Below, piece by piece: positions 61,146 to 64,000 of a stretch of DNA of 64,000 nucleotides. The stretch comes from Raillietiella orientalis. Lineage: Eukaryota. The position numbers and the translations under genes are program-made. The DNA is taken from assembly GCA_036172245.1 (NCBI GenBank), contig JAYWIR010000019.1, positions 2,976,001-3,040,000 of the forward strand, read 5' to 3'. A model generated the notes under the pieces. The model was not told the DNA's origin, did not search any database, and saw only the letters and a program-made list of their open reading frames with translations. Numbering within the stretch: position 1 is the first letter of the stretch; the number at the start of each line of letters is the position of its first letter.

Positions 61146-62252
61146 TCAGGATGGGACCAGGTATTCTTCTCGTACGTCTTCTCGAATGAAGGATGCCGGT
61201 ATTCCTCTCTTCTGTGGAGTGGGAATTCAGAAGCTACTCACGGGAACTGTTTCTCTTCTTCCAATCTCACTATCGTTAGGAGAATTAATTGAATCCCATG
61301 TGTTTTCGTTAGCCCCCCTTCATTAGGTATTCCCCGGGAGTCTGCGTTTCCTGCATCCTCGTCCCGTGCTCGATATATCCTAATAAAATCCGCGGAGCGT
61401 ACGGACGAGCGGCCTTTCTGGAAGCTTCGACCCCTCACGGCGGAGGTCTCGGTACGCACGCATACGCACGCACAGCCAGAGCTTGGGGAGAGGAGACGTG
61501 TCCTTGGAGCGTGGGTGTTGGGGGAAGAGGGATTCTTAATTCCGAGGGCTCCCATTTTTCGGCTTCCTCCATCTCCGATAATTGCGAGCCCAGGATGGGA
61601 ACGGCCGAGGAGCTCACTCCCCCGCTCAGGCGCTTCCCCGTGCTCGTGCGCCTCTGAAAAGCACCCGTGCCACTCTGCCTTCGGAACGCGACTCACACAT
61701 CAGGGGGAACGGGCTCCTGGGAACCGGGGATTCGGGAGCATCTTTCGTGACATGATTTCGACGGGAAGGTTAGTGAGCGCGTAGCGAAGGAGGCAGCGGA
61801 TGCCTTCGCGGTGAGCAGGAGGGAGGATTTTCGTGGAGCCCACACAGGAGCGGGAAGGGCGGAAGGATTGTCCTGCTTTTTCCGGCAGTATTATTCCGAA
61901 GATTATTCTGCAATCCTGGGACAGGGGTGGGCTCCACGGAGTCGCCACTACGTGCGCACTTAGCGAGTGAAGGGGATGGAATCTCAGCATCAGTGGTTAG
62001 CAGCAACCACTTATTTTAGATGGTGACCTCCAACGCTTCCAGTTTCAGAAAGCGCGGAGGTGGTGTCCTGGATAACACCCGCTTCCCCTGGCACTATTGG
62101 GAGCACGGAAGGCAGCTCGCGAGGACGTCGTCTGATCATGGGACCTTGGATTCCATTGAACGGCAATGTTTCCGGAGGAGCCGGAGATTCCGAGGACGTG
62201 CCCGAGTCGGTGTCCTCCAGGATCCCGAACAGCCGGGACATCTGCTGGCTTG

Positions 62253-62323
62253 AGGAAGGAGACCTTCTGTTTCGTACGAAATCCCTACCCTGCAACATAG
62301 GGCTACTGGATGCTCCCTTGAAA
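62253..62323. repeat. 71-bp direct repeat, copy 2 (partner at 60630-60700)
   Basis: Same alignment as copy 1. Confidence 0.9.
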
Positions 62324-62929
62324 GCCTTAGACCTCCGTGTCAGCTGTTGCTCTGCCCCCCTCGTGGGAATTTGTTTCTTCGTCTCCCTGGTAACCGGACA
62401 ACCCACCGAAGTCTTGGGATCCTTAGAAACAGAGGAAGAATCATCTGATGATTCGCGTGTGAAGACAACCCGATTTCGAGGTCGAGGCATCTCCTGCTGC
62501 CCAAGGAACTTAAATGCCTGGCGGAAGGAGGCAGTTGTGCAAACTGCAAACCTGGAAACGCGCCCGGAGGAACTTCGTCCCCTGCGACGTCACCTGAGCC
62601 ATCCGATGGAGAATACACTCAAACAACTTCATCAACCTTATTCCATTCATCTCCATCTTAATCCCGTCTAAATGCCACGCCCCTTATCTCATTTCTGCCT
62701 GCTCTAAGGGAAAACAACGATAGAAGCCAACCGGCGGGATGGGAGTCCCTCTGTACCGCTGCAGGAGAGACCAGACTCCTGAGCAGCTGGAACACGAGCA
62801 AGCTGATGGATGCCATTGTTTCTCGTTTCCAGGAGAAGGGACCACATTACTGGAGCGAAGTGTTGCCCTCGAAGGACTCGTGTTCCCTCCCCTATGTGTG
62901 AACGCTCCGGTGTTCACACATAGGGGAGG

Positions 62930-63270
62930 ATCGCACCGGAGGCGTCGGTGTGGAAACAGCAGCACATTCTACTGTGAAAACAGAATGTACTTCTGTTTTC
63001 ACAGCGACGCCTCCGGTGCAATCAGAGATCCGGCACTCCCCGGAGGAGCCATCCCCGAACTGCTCTAGGTGCGGGACGATCGAATCGTTCTTGCACCTGC
63101 TCCTGGACTGTGGTGTCGTCCACGAACTGCAACGGAAGTGCTTCTGCACCAGGAGGACATTGCCAGAGACTTGCTGAGCAGATTCCTCGAGCGAACCAGA
63201 GTCCCGTCCGGCGCCGTGATGGCAACGTTGTGCTGCATCCTCACCATGTGCTGGAGGATCGGGTGCCGAG
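62930..63270 (+). mobile_element. Non-LTR (L1/Tx1-like) ORF2 C-terminal zinc finger (zf-RVT)
   Basis: SPNCSRCGTIESFLHLLLDC is a clear CxxC...H...C motif. It is preceded by a VWK motif and VFTATPPV and followed by CILTMCWRIGC (IWR.R). Confidence 0.7.
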
Positions 63271-64000
63271 AAAGGAGGTCGCGTGCATGGCACTCGCCTA
63301 CATGAGGATGGCACCCAGGTGGCCTCACTTGAAAGAAGTCCAAAAGAGAAGATGGCCAACATCCAGACCCGGTTCTAGAAGGAAGGAACGGCGGAAGCCA
63401 AAGACCCCTGTTGCACCCCAACCCTTTGTTTACTTTTTATTGTCCGACCACTTCCGGACTTTTGGAGTGACAAACCGGCGTGTAGGCGGGCTTCTTTTTT
63501 TGCTCCAGGCAACCTCCTTCAACTTAGTCTTCTCGTATTCGATTTTGAGGCACGCTCCCTTCCACAGGAGATTCTCCATCCTGGGGAAGCTCAATTTTCA
63601 GACATCTCCAAGTGATTCTTTCAATCCACACAAAAGGTATCGCGTAGGGAGAATCTGTAGGGATTCCACTCCTTTCTCAAAAGGTGACCAGAGACACAAA
63701 ACAAAGGGATGGTGGAAAGACACTCCAAAGTCTTTTCTCCAGGTACGACGTTGCTTTCTTTCATGTTCGTGTGCTCTAATTGTTCTTTATTAGATCTATT
63801 AGACGATTCGAACAGGAGAGACCGAGAAAATACGCAAACGGTGGGCGCTCCTCAGTCAAAAAAGATGTTTAGTGTTGAAACTGTCTCTCACCAGGTCGCA
63901 TCTGTCACTTGTTTGTTCATTCTGCTTGTACCAGAAGCTTTCCTCATGTGCTCTAAGGAACGAGGCCGCTTTCCTTACGCTGAGAAAATGCAGCCGCTGT

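Noticed and set aside
60805..61326. 173-aa Pro/Ser/Leu-rich ORF
   Set aside because: It is the translation of a CCT/CTT low-complexity tract.

Overview
Animal-type eukaryotic, repeat-rich DNA with no intact protein-coding gene that I can identify. There are no prokaryotic operons, rRNA genes or CRISPR arrays. Much of the window is decayed, nested non-LTR retrotransposon sequence: several L1/Tx1-like ORF1/ORF2 remnants, two RTE-like RT remnants and a possible Penelope-like GIY-YIG remnant. It also holds a HECTD1 HECT-domain pseudogene fragment, a MITE-like foldback element, microsatellites and several perfect hairpins. The most distinctive feature is a dispersed family of long tRNA-headed SINE-like elements (family A; five copies at about 15.7, 20.0, 26.2, 41.6 and 58.8 kb; the complete copy is about 710 bp). 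Family A has a Pol III-type head, a conserved module that can be drawn as an imperfect HDV-like double pseudoknot, an array of CCC-UUCG-GG-like hairpins, and a 3' stem-loop with an A tail. All protein-family calls were made by eye from motifs without any search, and remnant boundaries are approximate.
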